Counted from the stretch's first letter, positions 50,101 through 64,000 are shown. The stretch is DNA of 64,000 nucleotides from Tubulanus polymorphus (GCF_964204645.1 NW_027437453.1:38863-102862); one strand, 5' to 3'. A program made the numbers and translations. The notes: generated from the letters alone by a model not told the origin.

Positions 50101-51842
50101 ACTTAGCACGCGCTGTATGCGAATCAAAATCTAAATCTAAACAGTTAGATTTGGATGTGGCATTTTAATGATGTGAACATAAACATTCACTTACTTTTGC
50201 TGTCGTAAGTGTTTTTCTCGATACTTGAGTACTTTCTTGCGTTTTTTCTTATTTTTGGTCGCCTGTAGGAGATCTTTTACCTTAACGCACTTGTCACACT
50301 TTGAAAATCTACCGACCTGAAAATAGTTATGATAATAATCTATTACTTCTCTCCAGGATTGCTCAAACTCGAATCGATTTGAAATACACTTAAAATGAGA
50401 ATGTTACAGCATGCAGTAAAAAGAAGAATTATACCTTCGGGATAGAAACGTTCTCGAAATGATTTCTCCACAAATGATAAAAGTGTGATTCAGAACAAAC
50501 ATTATCTGTGCCTAGTTCTTCTTCACACATTCTGAACACGTCCCCTTTTGTAAGGCAGGATGGTAGATGCAGCTTCTCCTGGTTTGGCAATTTGTCAGCA
50601 AACTTTTCGCAGTATTCCCGTAGCCAAGCCATTGTAACTTGACTTGCCGATGTAAAACTACCCGATCTTGATATACCAGGAGGAGATATAGATTTTGCGC
50701 TACCTAAAATTGAAGAGAAATAGTCAGATTTTTAATCAGACAGTCTAAGATACGTTTCTAACATCCTCAGATTAAAATATCATTTTATAAGTATACCACC
50801 AGTATTCGTAATCCAAATAATTTCCGAGGAGAAAGTATCTATGAAAGACTTATGTCTTAGTTGTGTGGAAATTATTAGTATGTATGAAATATCTCATTAT
50901 GAGATGTTGGATGAATTAACAAAATAAGAGAGATATGAGAGGTTAATGTTTATTTTAGAATGACAAAATTCGAGAAAACTGAGACCCGAAAGTGAAAAAC
51001 AAAGATGCAACATACCTTCAGTAAATTCTCGTTTAATACTGTAGTATCTTGACTTCTTTATTCCTAAGGCTAACATCCAAGCCCGTGAGCAGGTTTTAAA
51101 AGCACCAATTGTGAAAATCACGTTTAGACTATCGGTATCAGTTTCTATAGAGTGATGTAGAAGGTAGTCTAGGATGAATTGTTTTTGCTCATACATTTTT
51201 AATGACTGAAAGTCGGATCTAACGTCGGATATTTTTTGCAAGGGAATTTCAGCTAAGCACCATTCATCGCAGCAGTGTGTTGAGCATAGCTTGTTGACAG
51301 GTATGAGACAGCGAGTTGCTGGAAAAAAAACAAAATCATGTTCGTTGGCTGAAACTTTGTTTGCGACCGTTTGGCCCCATATAAATTGTTTATGCCCGCT
51401 TTTTGCCTTAACATTAGTTTATAGGAAAATTCACTGCCACACAAAAAAAAATTCTCAAGACACTTCCCTGCGGCGACATAGCTAGTCTCGTACGAATATA
51501 TAGATTCTAAGTTTAAAGATGATGATAGACACACCGACAGACCTTACCGCTTTTATCATTAGACAAATTCTTGAGGTGAGTTGTCTTTGCTTTTTTTGTA
51601 GATCCTATTGGACGTCCTCGTTTGCGTTTAAGACCTATTGTAATATATAGTTAGATAGACATTAAAATCCCCGACATGCGATAGATTTACTATACTACTA
51701 TTTCAGATAGAAATGATCAGTTTTCAGAAGCCCAAAGGACTCAGTTTCACATTAAAGTTGAGCTTACCAGAGCTAATTGCTGGCGGCAGATTTTCTTCAT
51801 TTTCATCACTTTCACTGAGATCTGAGTCTCTAAATGGATCAT
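47111..51842 (-). CDS. Spliced Sola1-like (DUF7869-type) DDE/D transposase with AT-hook and C-terminal Tudor/PWWP-like domain; first exon lies further upstream
   Basis: Phase-consistent exons 51768-51842, 51548-51634, 51016-51318, 50435-50703, 50195-50316, 48541-49451, 48246-48400, 47111-47455; motifs KRKRGRPIGS, HCCDEWCL, FSKCDKC, IIDGMDQ, LQMDNCWRDNKN, FLMVGHTHEDIDQ. Confidence 0.82.
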
Positions 51843-53146
51843 CTGTAATTCAATACACAATACATCTGTAGGGAAATATGCGAAGAGATCTTTTTTGTGC
51901 GTAAAAGTTAACGCGTTATACGTTGTGTTGTACATGTAGTTAGAAATAAAAACTGTAGATTAGCTATAGGTATCAAAAGTAAAGTATTTTTATCATTATG
52001 ATCACTTGACATTTGATAAACGAGAGTTTCCGCCGAGACGTGTTAACATGTACGGTAATTGGAGCAATTCCCGTGATCAGAAAATCAATTAAATCGAACC
52101 TCTGTCCAAAAGATATTTCCCACTTAGTTTTTTGCTTTATTAGTATAGAATCTTAAATTGACTGTAAAACTGTATCTGCCAGATATGCATATTTGAGCCC
52201 ATTTTCCTTAATTTTAAACATGGACCCTTTAACAAATTAGAGTCCATGCAAATAATAAAAACAAAGAGTGCATGTTTACGTCCAGCCGATATGCAGTCTG
52301 TCCTTGACCATTCAAGAAAGCACTTGTTCCAGTCCCTGCGGGGGTTCGAGTACTCTCATGTACTGAAATGCTGGTGATCTTATCGTAGACAAATATTACC
52401 ATCAACCCAGCGTGAAAAGAAAAACTTTAGCAGCATGCAGCGGGATGGCCTAAGGCAGAGTGAGCAATACTTTAAAATGTGACTTCAGATGGGTAATTTA
52501 GAATGGATTCCGTCAATGTGGTGGATAAAGATATTCTCCTTTCGCGACCCTTGATCAAGACTCACATGCGTCAATCGCAGTTAAATTGGTAAAAATTGAA
52601 TAGAATCGGCTGTGTACAAAAAATAAAGCACAACGTCCGTTATCAGCCAAGGTGCAAGATTAGAAAATATGTAGATTTATGGTTCAAAATTTGACACTGT
52701 TTGAGTTTGGTTTAAATCACGTGCCTCAATGTTTTTGGACGTCATCTTCTTAGGTTCTTTCCTTAATCAACTAATAAGTGTCTATTAGGACACCATCAAA
52801 ATCAGAGATTGATCAAAAAGAACATGTTCACATGAATAGAAAACTCAATCTGTTTATATTTCGCTTATATCATATCAAAGAAATATGAAAAATTTCTGTA
52901 TGATACGTCTAAGCAGGTGTGCTCCTGTAAACATTGAACGGTTGTAGTTACTCTTCTCAAAATGTCAAGCACCACCGATTTGATATCTGCATATTCGACC
53001 TCTTATAAAACTGACCACCTATAATCTGTAACAGTTGGTACCTTAACCGCCAAAACTATCGCCGAAATTACAGGCAGTTTATAAAACCAGCTGTTCGGCA
53101 GCTCATTTTATAAATTATTTTTAGAACTTAAATGACTTTGAAGCAT

Positions 53147-53753
53147 TAACGCCACACCAAAAAAATCATGTTTCTCGGGCGGGGCAATCACCAAAATGGG
53201 TAGATAGGTGGGGGATATTTTTTCTTTTTATAGAAAACAAAATATTTGGTATACTTCTGAAAATGGGTAGGTCGCCGTAAAAACCTTTCACTGGACCAAA
53301 TTTTTAGTCAGGAATATGATTAACAGCTTGTAGACCACTATAATAAAAGGAAGTTCTGGCGTTTGTACAATTAACTATTCAAAAACTATATTTCACGGAA
53401 TTCCTGGAATTTTACAATTCAAGGTCGCTATCAATGTCTTATCAGCAAAATGGTCTGAGCATGGCTGTATCATTTCCAGAATCAAATTTATAAATCCGAT
53501 GTAATAAAGTATTTTTATGATGTTGATATCAGTGCTGACATCACAATTTGATTAAGAAAAAATATATTTACGAGAATTAGAGCGTTTTGTAGTCGGCCGG
53601 CCACATATATATTTTCAAAAGTTAAATCTATCTTCAAAATTTTGAAAAAGGGTCGGTAGGCAATTATATTCTAATCTGAAAATGATTATTTGAAACGACG
53701 AAATATCGGGTCGGTCGGGCCCGAGAAACACGGTTTTCTTTTGGCATGGCCTA
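53147..53753. mobile_element. ~600-bp non-autonomous TIR element
   Basis: GCCACACCAAAAAAATCATGTTTCTCGGGC vs GCCCGAGAAACACGGTTTTCTTTTGGCATGGC; internal GGGT(A/C)GGT repeats. Confidence 0.65.
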
Positions 53754-54074
53754 AAGATTTTTTTCATGCGTATTTCCAATGGATTACGCTAATCCATAGC
53801 ACGGTATTCGATAAAACCGGTGATGTCCAGTCGGCTGGTTATTTGAGTTGCTTTTCAGATTGGTTCAGTCTAATTTGCCGGTACTCTCAATTTCACAATT
53901 CTTAAATATCCAACTTGCAGCTTGTTCATTTACACGAGATATCACAAGAATGATATATTAAGGTGCATTTAATGTATTTGTATCCGTAAAATAGGTTGAA
54001 AAATGAATAAGAAAATGAAGATAAAATACACTGTATGTGGTAATCTAAAAGCACGTTCAAATCTTTATTGACTT

Positions 54075-55120
54075 TTAATTACTGTAACATATTTCAATTT
54101 GTTCAGCAGAATATTGAGCGGACGGTCGCAATGCACAATTGCGATCCCGACATGCATTGGAAAGGTTTTTCAACAAATCCAGACCACACAACGTAACCAA
54201 CACCTTCAAAATTCGACCAAACGAATACATATCGCTGGCGGCTGACTGTGCAGCTCCCCATACATTTCTCAATTCCCAACCAATGTGGCTATGCTTTCTG
54301 TTGTATATGTCTCTCTCCGCAGGGCTGAGATAGTATTTTCTCGGATTCGTTGTGAGAGTTGCGGAACCGAAATCAATGATTTTCACTCTGAGTGTAGATG
54401 GAACTAGTATATTATTGTCATGAAGGTCATTGTGTAAAATCTTTTCACCATGAAGGAAGGCTAATCCTTTCGCAATTTTCATGCAAACGAACATTAACTT
54501 TTCTTTCGATAACTTGTTATTTCTAATAACGTGACGAAGAGTACAGTCTTCGTCCGACACGAGTTCCATCACTAACATCTTGGACATTTCTCCATATAAG
54601 AATGGGACACACTCATGTTTGCCATTCAAGTACGCCAAAACCTTTAATTCACGCGAAAGGTCGCCCCCATCAAAGGTTTTTTTAACTGCAACGCGCACGT
54701 CTATCGCAGTCAGTTTTGATCGTGCAATGAATATTTGGCCATTTGCACCGCTCCAACGGGGATTCGAATCTACGTAAGTAAACAGTCCACTTTTCAGTCT
54801 AACCGGAACTGCACACAGTTCGCGATTCAATGCGCTGGATGACGAGTAACGGCTCTTTAAATGTGGTACTCTACTACCTGCCATTGAACGAACACTGGTC
54901 GACCGCATTATGACAGAAGAGAACACTTTTGTCACATTACAGTTAACTTTCCCTGGTAAAATAGTTTGCTTAGGGCATTTACTGATGGCATGTAACTGTA
55001 ACTGTTGCCGTTGAACGATCTCATTTAGGTTTGATAACTGCAAAGCCTGTTTTTGTTTATTGTTAGCTCGACGGCGACGATTCTTCCTGATGACCCTTGC
55101 AGCCTTTCCGTGGGCGATAC
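54075..55120 (-). CDS. Atypical protein kinase (main exon; candidate short first exon 55765-55786, MEQNHDL)
   Basis: VAVK, RELKVL, ILHNDLHDNNILV, IIDFGSA, SDMYSFG; acceptor TTCAG at 55121-55125 opens the frame. Confidence 0.85.
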
Positions 55121-55346
55121 CTGAAGTGATAGATATGAAAATAGTATTACTTCTATACGGTATTTTTCACTTGAAAAAAAATAGAAAGATGATTTTTGTC
55201 TTTCATAGACCGGTCATTGCTTTCCTGACTGACATGCAACTAAATAATGTTAATTATGACGAATTGAAAAATTAACCCAAACGTAACTTATAAAACCATG
55301 TCAGTATAGTAGGCCTAGTTTAACCACATGTAGGTTGGGCTGTAAA

Positions 55347-55630
55347 GTTATGACTTCAGTGATCCCGTAAGCTGTGGACAGACGTTAATTGAATCTACGC
55401 CTTTTAACCACTCTTATGTCGGTATTCAAGAAGACTATAACTTGATAATTGATAGGTTATGACTTCAGTGATACCTGACGGTGGATATTAAGCGTTTGTA
55501 TTGTATATTTCCTCGAAGATTTCGAATAAATCAGTGGCGCTTTTTAACCGCTCTAATGTCGGTATTCAAGAAGACATAACTTGATAGGTTATGACTTCAG
55601 TGATACCTGACAGTGGATAAAAAGCGTTTG
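55347..55630. repeat. Degenerate ~110-130-bp tandem repeat, ~2.5 copies
   Basis: GTTATGACTTCAGTGAT x3 and ATGTCGGTATTCAAGAAGAC x2. Confidence 0.75.
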
Positions 55631-56273
55631 ATTATTTCTAGAATGTTTGATACGTCAATTAATGACCCACAACCTTCGTATCCAGAAGACTCATGACTTC
55701 GGTACTAGACCCTTCACATATATCTAATTTGAATAGGCATTTTCAAGATGTTTAAATCGCTTACCTAAATCATGATTTTGTTCCATTTTTCTCAATAGCT
55801 CACTTAAGTATGTACAAGATCAACGTCTAAAATACGCGGGTTGATAAGACACGTGTAGACCGTATCACAAAAGTAACGATTACTACCCGGCGGCGTAACA
55901 GCTGGAATCAAATATTGTTACAATAATCTTCGTATCATTTTACTGACCGCAATTTTCCTTCGTTGAACTCTGAACGTTTTGTATGGGGCTTTCACTCAGA
56001 AAAAGTCGCTCCTTATGATGTCGCGGCGATGACTGATGATCTTCAACATCAAGGGAAAATATTCCTGCAATTTAAACGGACAATTTCAAATATCCACGAA
56101 TCAAAATTAATAGCAAACTCTGACGGAATATTATGACCAACACTGGTTTTTACTGTGGCATTGGGATTATTATATTTACATTATACCAGCAACAGTAAAA
56201 AGGTTTCAATATACTCGAGAAATCCCATAATAATTCAATTTACCCAAAAACAGAAACTTTTGATAGATGAGTA

Positions 56274-56457
<184 letters not shown>

Positions 56458-56791
56458 TTTTTCTACATATATTCATATAGTACATATGTCTATATCTTCT
56501 ATATCGAGAGTAGTGTCAAAATATTATCAAACCGAATCAAAGGTCCAACGATTTGGAACAATATACCACTTAACATAAAAAATGGCTCCTCTTTAAACTG
56601 TTTCAAAAGAAACGTTCAGCATTTACTTGCTTTGTATTATTAAGGTATTTTTCTAAAATTACCTCAGACTAATTTAATCATAAGAAATAATATTTCTACA
56701 TGATCGTTTTATAATTTGTTTAGGAAATAAAATGATGATGAATGAAAGAATATACGAAGCAACCTGAAATATAGATGATAGCAAAACTCAC

Positions 56792-56930
56792 CCGATATGT
56801 CAAAGACGTCCATTCTCCAGCGAAAATTCAATCAGCTATTAAAAATGTTCATGTATTCAATATTTCCCGCGAAATTTTGGTTCGTTCTCTCTGCGCATGT
56901 ATTTTTCCGCCAACTCCGTTGGTTGGATAA
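56792..56930 (-). promoter_or_regulatory. Candidate promoter with E2F-like sites and a first coding micro-exon (MDVFDIS, 56792-56813)
   Basis: TTTCCCGCGAAA at 56863-56874, TTTTCCGCCAA at 56903-56913; ATG at 56813 followed by a strong G|GTGAGT donor. Confidence 0.4.
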
Positions 56931-59900
56931 ACCTTAGGAGTGCTGTCAACATTTTGATGGATAGAGGCAAATCGTTAGAAACAGTGTGCCTCACGAAATT
57001 ACTTATATATATTTAGCCTACATACTGTAGTATATTCTTTATCCAATTGTATTACAATAATTCTTTCATAACAATGAACTCTTTTATAAAATGAAATGTA
57101 AGTTGCCATAACAAAATTGAATAATGGAATATTAAATTCACGCGGATACAAGCTCCTGCCAAATGTTTTCGCGAGGCATCTTGAAATGATTGAATTCAAA
57201 ATGTAGCCTCTGCGATGTGACCGTAACGAACATGTATAAACAACCAGTCGAGTTTTAGTTAAAGTGAACATTATGGTTGTACGTATTTTATCACGTATGC
57301 TCTTCGATTCCCGCAACGATAATAGAATTCTGTTTCATAGAATATATCACTCTCATCTTCTAAAATAGTCCTTTATATTACGGGGCACAATGAGTCAAAT
57401 GGAGTATACGGCTATACGCAATTTATATCAGTAATCTTTAAACTAATAATCCCTTATCACAAGCATGTTGCTTCTCTGGCACCTTAATCGATATTATAAC
57501 TTCTATAACTTATTTATATATCTATCTAACTATGTATCTAAAAAACTGAGTCTTATATTACGTTATAATTTCAATGAAAATAAAGATTATTATCATTATT
57601 ATTATTATCATCATCAATAATAAGTAGGGATTGTGAGTCCCCCAGCCCCTTCCACGAGCCTGGATACAGGGTTAATCTTTCAAGTGCTCCTACGCTTACA
57701 GAATCCCTTTGTACCAAAACTGCCAAATGAATTGCGAATGAAATTTTTATCAAGTTTACGTTGGCATTAAATGTACACAGCTAGCACTCGATATTCCTGA
57801 CACTCGAACTCCTTAATTAGTTCTTCCTCGGTCAGTGTTGGCTAAAATGCAGGGACCATTTCATTTTTCAAAGCGTTCTACTAGTAGGGAACAAAAATGA
57901 GTAAAAATGGTACTCATCGGCAATCTTCATATTATCTTAGGTGTGTCCCCTTACGATTCGTTCCTACGGCCTGGGTACCTAACACAATATAATACCAAGG
58001 ATGCAAGTTCCGTATTGACCTTATCACGTACGCGTTTTCGATGTAACACGCGAGATGATTTTGACCAATCGACAGTTACATGTAAGCCCGGAGCTCAATA
58101 CTTTCTGGAATTAGTCCCCAGTTAAACGCGGTCGATTCTTGCTCAATAAAATACAAAATACCCAAATTTTTTTTGGGAAATAGATATGTCATTAGATGTA
58201 ACATCCATGCGACTTTCGGCTAATCTTGTTGGCAAGTTTATGCATAAAATCCAAACGAATTTGAAACAATATTCGAGGTTTGAAATCGTTTTTTATCTGA
58301 TTTCAGCCACAAAGCAATACTTCATTCAGCAGCTGGACCCGCTGAGTTAATCTAAACATCTTCTAATGTTCAACACTTGAAAAGGGCACTTTGTTCCAAA
58401 AACGCGATTTTAGGTGCTCTCCTGCAGTGAAATGCACCATTTTTGTTATTAACAAAATGAAAAGGAGCACTCATGAATTGATCGACTAGTACAATCAATC
58501 TCACAAGTCCCACTGGGTCCGCCTCAGCCTGAAACAGTTTAAAATGTCTGACTTTAAACTCAGAATAATTCCACACTGAATTCACTCTGTCGATTCGACC
58601 CATTTTATTTTGATCTTGATGGGGACTGCTTATGGCCATATCTGTGACTCATGGTTTGGGACATAGACAATTTTTGGTTTTTGTGCAGTACATTTTTACT
58701 GCCATTACGATACAATGATTGATTTTCTAAACTCCTAATTCTAAATTAGAATTATGGACGATCACTTCAAGTTGATGTAAGTTTCATCACGGATTCTCAG
58801 TCTATTTATTTCCCATTTTAGTCGGGGTCCAACTATCGAGGGAGCAGACCGCGACCTAGTTTCGTCGAGGGTAGTAATTTTTGAAATTATAAAGGCAATC
58901 GCATTACGGGTAGAGAGTTATGTTCTAAAAAGGCACCATTCCTTAAATCACCTTTAGATAAAATACCGTATGATATGCCTAATAAGGCGATTTAGTGTAT
59001 TGGACACATTTTCAGTAAAAAGTGCATACGCAATTTCAATTCAAATCATTGCTCAATAAAGAAAATGTGTGCAGAGCAAAAACTAAACATTACAATAATT
59101 ACAATAAAACATACAATATGGCTTGACATGAGTAAGTGAAAAATTTCAATCCCTTTTTGCTAAAAATGATCAATTTTTCTGTTGGCACAGATTAACTTTT
59201 AAAATTTTTCAATTAAGTCCTATAATAAGTTCCTCAATTCGGATAGGAATGGAGACTGTAAAAAAATGAAATTTGTTGCAAACTTTGATCTGCCTGTTTC
59301 GACAAATCCCCTTTCGGTTTTGACAAATTTATAAGAATCGGCTATAGAAGAGATGGAGCACAACGTGTACCAGTCTTAAATATATTGGTATTTCAATTCA
59401 ATGAGTAACGTGAAATAAAGCTTGGAACAATAATTTTTCATGCGGGCTAAGTATTCGCGCATAAGTAAATGGCTTTTTGAGCGAGTATGACGGTTCTGAT
59501 ATAATAGGCTACGACCCTGAAGGTTTCCATCTTATACCCGTTTTCGTAGCTGAAGCAGATAAGGAGCATGGCTATCTAGAAGTCTTTTTTCAGGTTGTTG
59601 AAGCTTCTAATTCACTCTAATAAACCAGCAAAACTTGGCTTGTTATTCGGAAAAAGATATGGTATCAAGTTACTTATATATTCGTTACATATTCGTTACG
59701 CTTTTTGAAAACTTTCCTAGGAAAAAGACTATGTGTGATGCTAGTCCGTGTCTGATACGCTTCGACTGGTTTCTGTCACTCTGGCGACTGCGCGCTACGG
59801 TGTTCGAACGTCGCCGAACCACCAAATTCAATCAAAATCTAAAGCCTATTTAATCAATACAGCCAAATAAATGCAAAATGTAAATTTGCTATCGAGATTG

Positions 59901-62444
59901 AAGGGCGATTTCATGTAATGATTGACGGTAAGATAACACGTACGTATCTATGTTGTTTTGCTGCTTGCGATGATTAGTCCAATTTAAGTACTTTCTTGAT
60001 TTATGAAAGACTAAATTACCCTAAAGAAAGGGAAGATTCTCCCGACTGGACTTTATACATTGTTTTGCACCAGCAGGGCCGTCGCATGTCCCACTAATAT
60101 TTATGCATGGATATAGAATATCAGTCCTAACAGGAAGAGAACATTCGAAACTGCGAACTATGAATTTGCCAAGGTGCTTTAGAAAGCGCTGAGAAATAAC
60201 TCATTTATCGCGGTAAAAATGTCCCGTCAGGAGATTTATGTACGATTCCCGCCGTGAAACGAACAAATTCTTAGTAATCTATTTGTAGGTGTTTTCGGTG
60301 TGTCAGCGTTTTTAGTTGCTTCGGCAATTTTCAAATTCCCTTAGAAAAATACAACGTTAAAACGGCCTATTCTTAGTGATGCATTATTTATTTAATCAAA
60401 ACATTTATTTGTACCTTGCACTTGTACTTTCTAGATAATTAGTTTATTCTTCTCTTTAGTTACTTGGGAGCTGCTTAGAATACAGGAATAAAACAGCCCA
60501 ACTGTTGAAACGATAAACAACCATAGACGTTCTTATTTACGACAAGGTGTGCCTGGAGTGCATTGCTTGCGTTGATAGATTCAAACTTGATACGTAATCA
60601 TCGGTATTTCAACTATCAGAAAAAACAATTCTTATCAAGCCAGATTTTTCGAAATATCAGATCAACTAATGACTTATGTGCCATATTCTATTCGACGAAA
60701 TAACTATTTGGATAACAACGAACAGGTTGCATTTAAAACACAAATTCGGAGATGAGACCGATCATTTTCCTTCCTATCGCACCCTATCGTAAATGAATAC
60801 TTATTTTATTGCAAATGAATCTCGTGATTTTTTTTTAATTCGTCTGCTGTAAGACACGGTGAAATTCATGCATGTAATGTATCGTTTAACCCAAATATCT
60901 GTGAAACTGTTGCTTATTGATCACCTTGGTTCCTTTAGAAAGAACTAAATCTAAATTTCGAATGTACCGTTTACGTGGAATGGTATTGTATTACTTTTTC
61001 CGCCATCTGTTTAAACAGCATTTTGTCAGTTGAGAAGTATTAGGATTAAATGACAGACAGTACACATAAAGTCACAAATCTGTAAATATCAACGTATTTC
61101 GAAACATAGAAACTGTTCAAACAATCATGAGGCGCAATAACCATTCACGTATTTTATTTTTCAATATGTGTGGACTGAGCTGGAACTTTTTTTAGCGAAT
61201 TGTTTGTTTCCAATGAATTTTGAGTGATTTTTCAATCAAGTAATAAAATCAGCTGGTTTCGGTGTGCTTTCATCCAACTAACAAGACAAAAAAGAAAAGA
61301 AATCCTCAACCTTATTTCAAATTCAAAATTTAAATTTTATTGCAAAATACAGATTTTAAATGAGTAGTTATAGCAATCGACGTGTAAAATATACATTTAT
61401 ATATACATGTATGAAATTTTACCATTAACAATGAAAATGTAAAAATTCCCCATTAACATTCGCCCACTTCAACATCCCCGGCAGTTCGTTCAATTCAAAT
61501 AGACCTTCCGATAATTAAATGTTACATGCTACAAAAGTTGGAGAAGATTTGAGACCACCACTATATTGAATAGGTTTCTATAAAAGCTGTTGTTTCACTG
61601 ACAAATTCAAAAAGTGTTACTGTTTTGTTCTGCATGAAGTTTCAATACAATTGATGATAATGTTAATCATTAATAGTGTTAAAATATTGATAATAATATA
61701 TAACAATTGTTTTTTTAAACTGTAATTAAGACTGAACAATCCTAGACAGTCAGGTCAGATTTCCTAACGCTTTTGAATACAATAATTTTTAGTCATGAAA
61801 GTTATACAGAAATACGATCATATAAACAATGACCCCAGAGCCGCGCTGGCGGGAATGAATATATGGTCGACTTTTTGTGAGATGTGTGTAAATGAATTGA
61901 TATCTATCTTTTTCTTTCATATGTGTATTGATGGAGGTGCAGTGTTCTTTAATTGCGAATGCGCAGACTAGGAATCACTAAGCGCTCAGAAACCCAAGCT
62001 GTATTCATATACACAGTACTGTTTAGTCTTTAAACACACATGAAGTTTTCATCGCGTTCCCGCTTACCGCTCTTGAAACAATTTTGGCAAGATTCTGAAA
62101 AAACCCATTTTACTCATCTATTCGTGAAACTGCCGCTAAAAGGGTGCTGCTACTATTGCTGCTGCTGTTAAATCGACTTAGCTTGTCACTTACAATGCTT
62201 ATGTTGATATCGTGCACTAAACCATTGAAACTAATTTTGTCAATGCAAATTTTTTGTGGAAAATAAGATTATCTCATCTTATCATAAATCCATAAGATTC
62301 AATTTAGCCCAGGGGCAAGTATTAATCCTGCATAATTGTGGTGCCCATAAATGTAAACCCTACCGTAAAACACTACTTAAATCTTAATAAACAATAGCAT
62401 GTTCCACATACAACGATCATCGGGATATGCATGGTGTTGAGGAA

Positions 62445-62915
62445 TGTAGGTAAAAAAGTCCCGGAATATATGTCCCCGGAAAAAAATCCCATAAGGTAGA
62501 AAAAAATGTCTCAGTTTATCATTACTGATTCAGTACATTTTACATCAAAATAACCAGAGAACAAACTTGGTAATTATTGTGATAAATTGCACGTTAAGCA
62601 TTACAAAAAATTCATTGAGTGACCATGAGAATTGTAGGCCTAGAATTTTGGCATTAACTGATTTTGCCTATTGAGAACATGTGAACTCATTACATGATAC
62701 GTCAAATTTATAGTACAAAAAAATTAAAGTAGAGCCATTAGTTGTAATCAAAAGTTAAAATTGTAACAAAGAATGTATTACGAAGTTTGTTCTCTGGTGT
62801 TATTATGATGTGAAATTGACTACATTACCAATTTAGTGATGATAGACTGGGACATTTTTCCGGGGATATCTTTTCCCTGGGACATTTTTTCCGGGGACAT
62901 TTTAACCGTATACCG
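62445..62915. mobile_element. MITE with ~120-bp TIRs
   Basis: GTCCCCGGAAAAAA/TTTTTTCCGGGGAC and ACCAGAGAACAAACTT/AAGTTTGTTCTCTGGT inverted pairs. Confidence 0.75.
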
Positions 62916-63266
62916 GCGTAAGGATGATTACCTAAACGGGAATGTAGGCCCAAATCCCCCGTAAATCCCTGGATGGGGGATATTTACCGGGGGATTTTTA
63001 CCTGTTACCGCTAATCCGGTAATACAATCTATATAAATGTCTTGCTTTTTCTCCCTATACCCCCAAGTTCAGTTTTCTATCAAATTTAAGTATGAAACCT
63101 GAATGAAATAGATACTGCTTTATACAGTAATATTTACGGGCTACTAGACAATGTAGTAATGAGCAGTGAATTGATTAAATAGAAAAGTTCTACGTTTGAA
63201 AACGTCCGTGGTTTCCGCAGGTATTCTGCGAGTATATATAGATCAAAGTAAGATATCTCAGTGGAT

Positions 63267-63966
63267 TCAGGGCATTGACATTTGGCTGAGTGCGACATCA
63301 TCATCGTCATCTTCGATCGCAAATGCTGGTCGACACACCGGAATGATCTTGGACGTCACCCCAGAATTCGGGGACTCCATTCCTGAAGATGATGCCATAG
63401 TTGGTTCAATGCTGCTTTCATTTTCGGAAATATCTTTCACAATCATATCACTGTATTTCCGAATGATACGTTTATACAAATGACTTTGGTCGACACCACC
63501 CACTTTTACAGTTATATCAACCGACAAGGCATTCTGCGACTCTGAAGCACGACGACAAAAATCTAAAAATGCAGCTGGAATAGCTTTCTTTGACTTTGTG
63601 CCTGTAAAATTGAAATAGAAAGATGAATGATAAAGATAGATATTGCAAAATACACGTAATAACGAACGAAAAAATATTCATATCTAGAAATTTACTTTTC
63701 TTCTAAAATGCGTGATACTCACTTGTAGGGAAGTCTTTTAAAAATCCTTTTAAAATGTCATCTGTAGTAAAGGACGAAAATCGTCTCTTCGCCTCGACCC
63801 AGTCTCTGGTTCCAGTGATATTCACGAACGTTGCCCTGATCACATCAAATTTCTTTGTCTGCGTTGCCTTTCGACTGCATTCCGGGAAAGTCAAATACCC
63901 GTCTTTCACCTCCATCAGTAGTCGATAAATTTTCTCTTCGCCGAGTCCTTGGAACGGTTGAAATAC
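63267..63966 (-). CDS. 3' exons of a spliced gene, probably a second member of the ParB-like transposon-cargo family
   Basis: Exons 63723-63966 and 63267-63601 join in phase: FQPFQGLGEEKIYRLLMEVKDG..IRATFVNITGTRDWVEAKRRF..IPAAFLDFCRRA; family link is from recall. Confidence 0.55.
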
Positions 63967-64000
63967 CTTGAAAATAAATGCGATTTTTCAGCAAGACATT

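Noticed and set aside
57000-62400. Short ORFs in this interval
   Set aside because: No motifs or consistent exon chain; treated as intergenic DNA or old repeats.

Overview
AT-rich eukaryotic genomic DNA, probably from an invertebrate animal: GT-AG introns, and invertebrate-type U2 and tRNA-His matches. Almost all of it is mobile or repetitive DNA. (1) Two to three related arms of an intronless, tightly packed virus-like element (HNH nuclease, zinc-finger ORFs). Two arms end in the same imperfect, strand-asymmetric hairpin (complete, ~260 bp, at 3101-3364; partial at 41726-41883). (2) A set of spliced genes that look like the cargo of one giant DNA transposon family: a ~18-exon ParB-like/coiled-coil/Tudor-like gene (21557-29233, +), a Sola1-like DDE transposase with an AT-hook and a Tudor/PWWP-like tail (47111-51842, -), an atypical kinase upstream of it or nested in its first intron (54075-55120, -), and the 3' exons of a probable second ParB-family gene at the right edge. 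(3) Two truncated BEL/Pao LTR retrotransposons, one with a bipartite tRNA-His primer-binding site. (4) A 5'-truncated LINE inside a segmental duplication, an intronless methyltransferase pseudogene, several TIR elements/MITEs, and mini- and microsatellites. No CRISPR, rRNA or intact tRNA gene was found. Exon models and family assignments were made by eye from recalled motifs and need HMM/BLAST confirmation.
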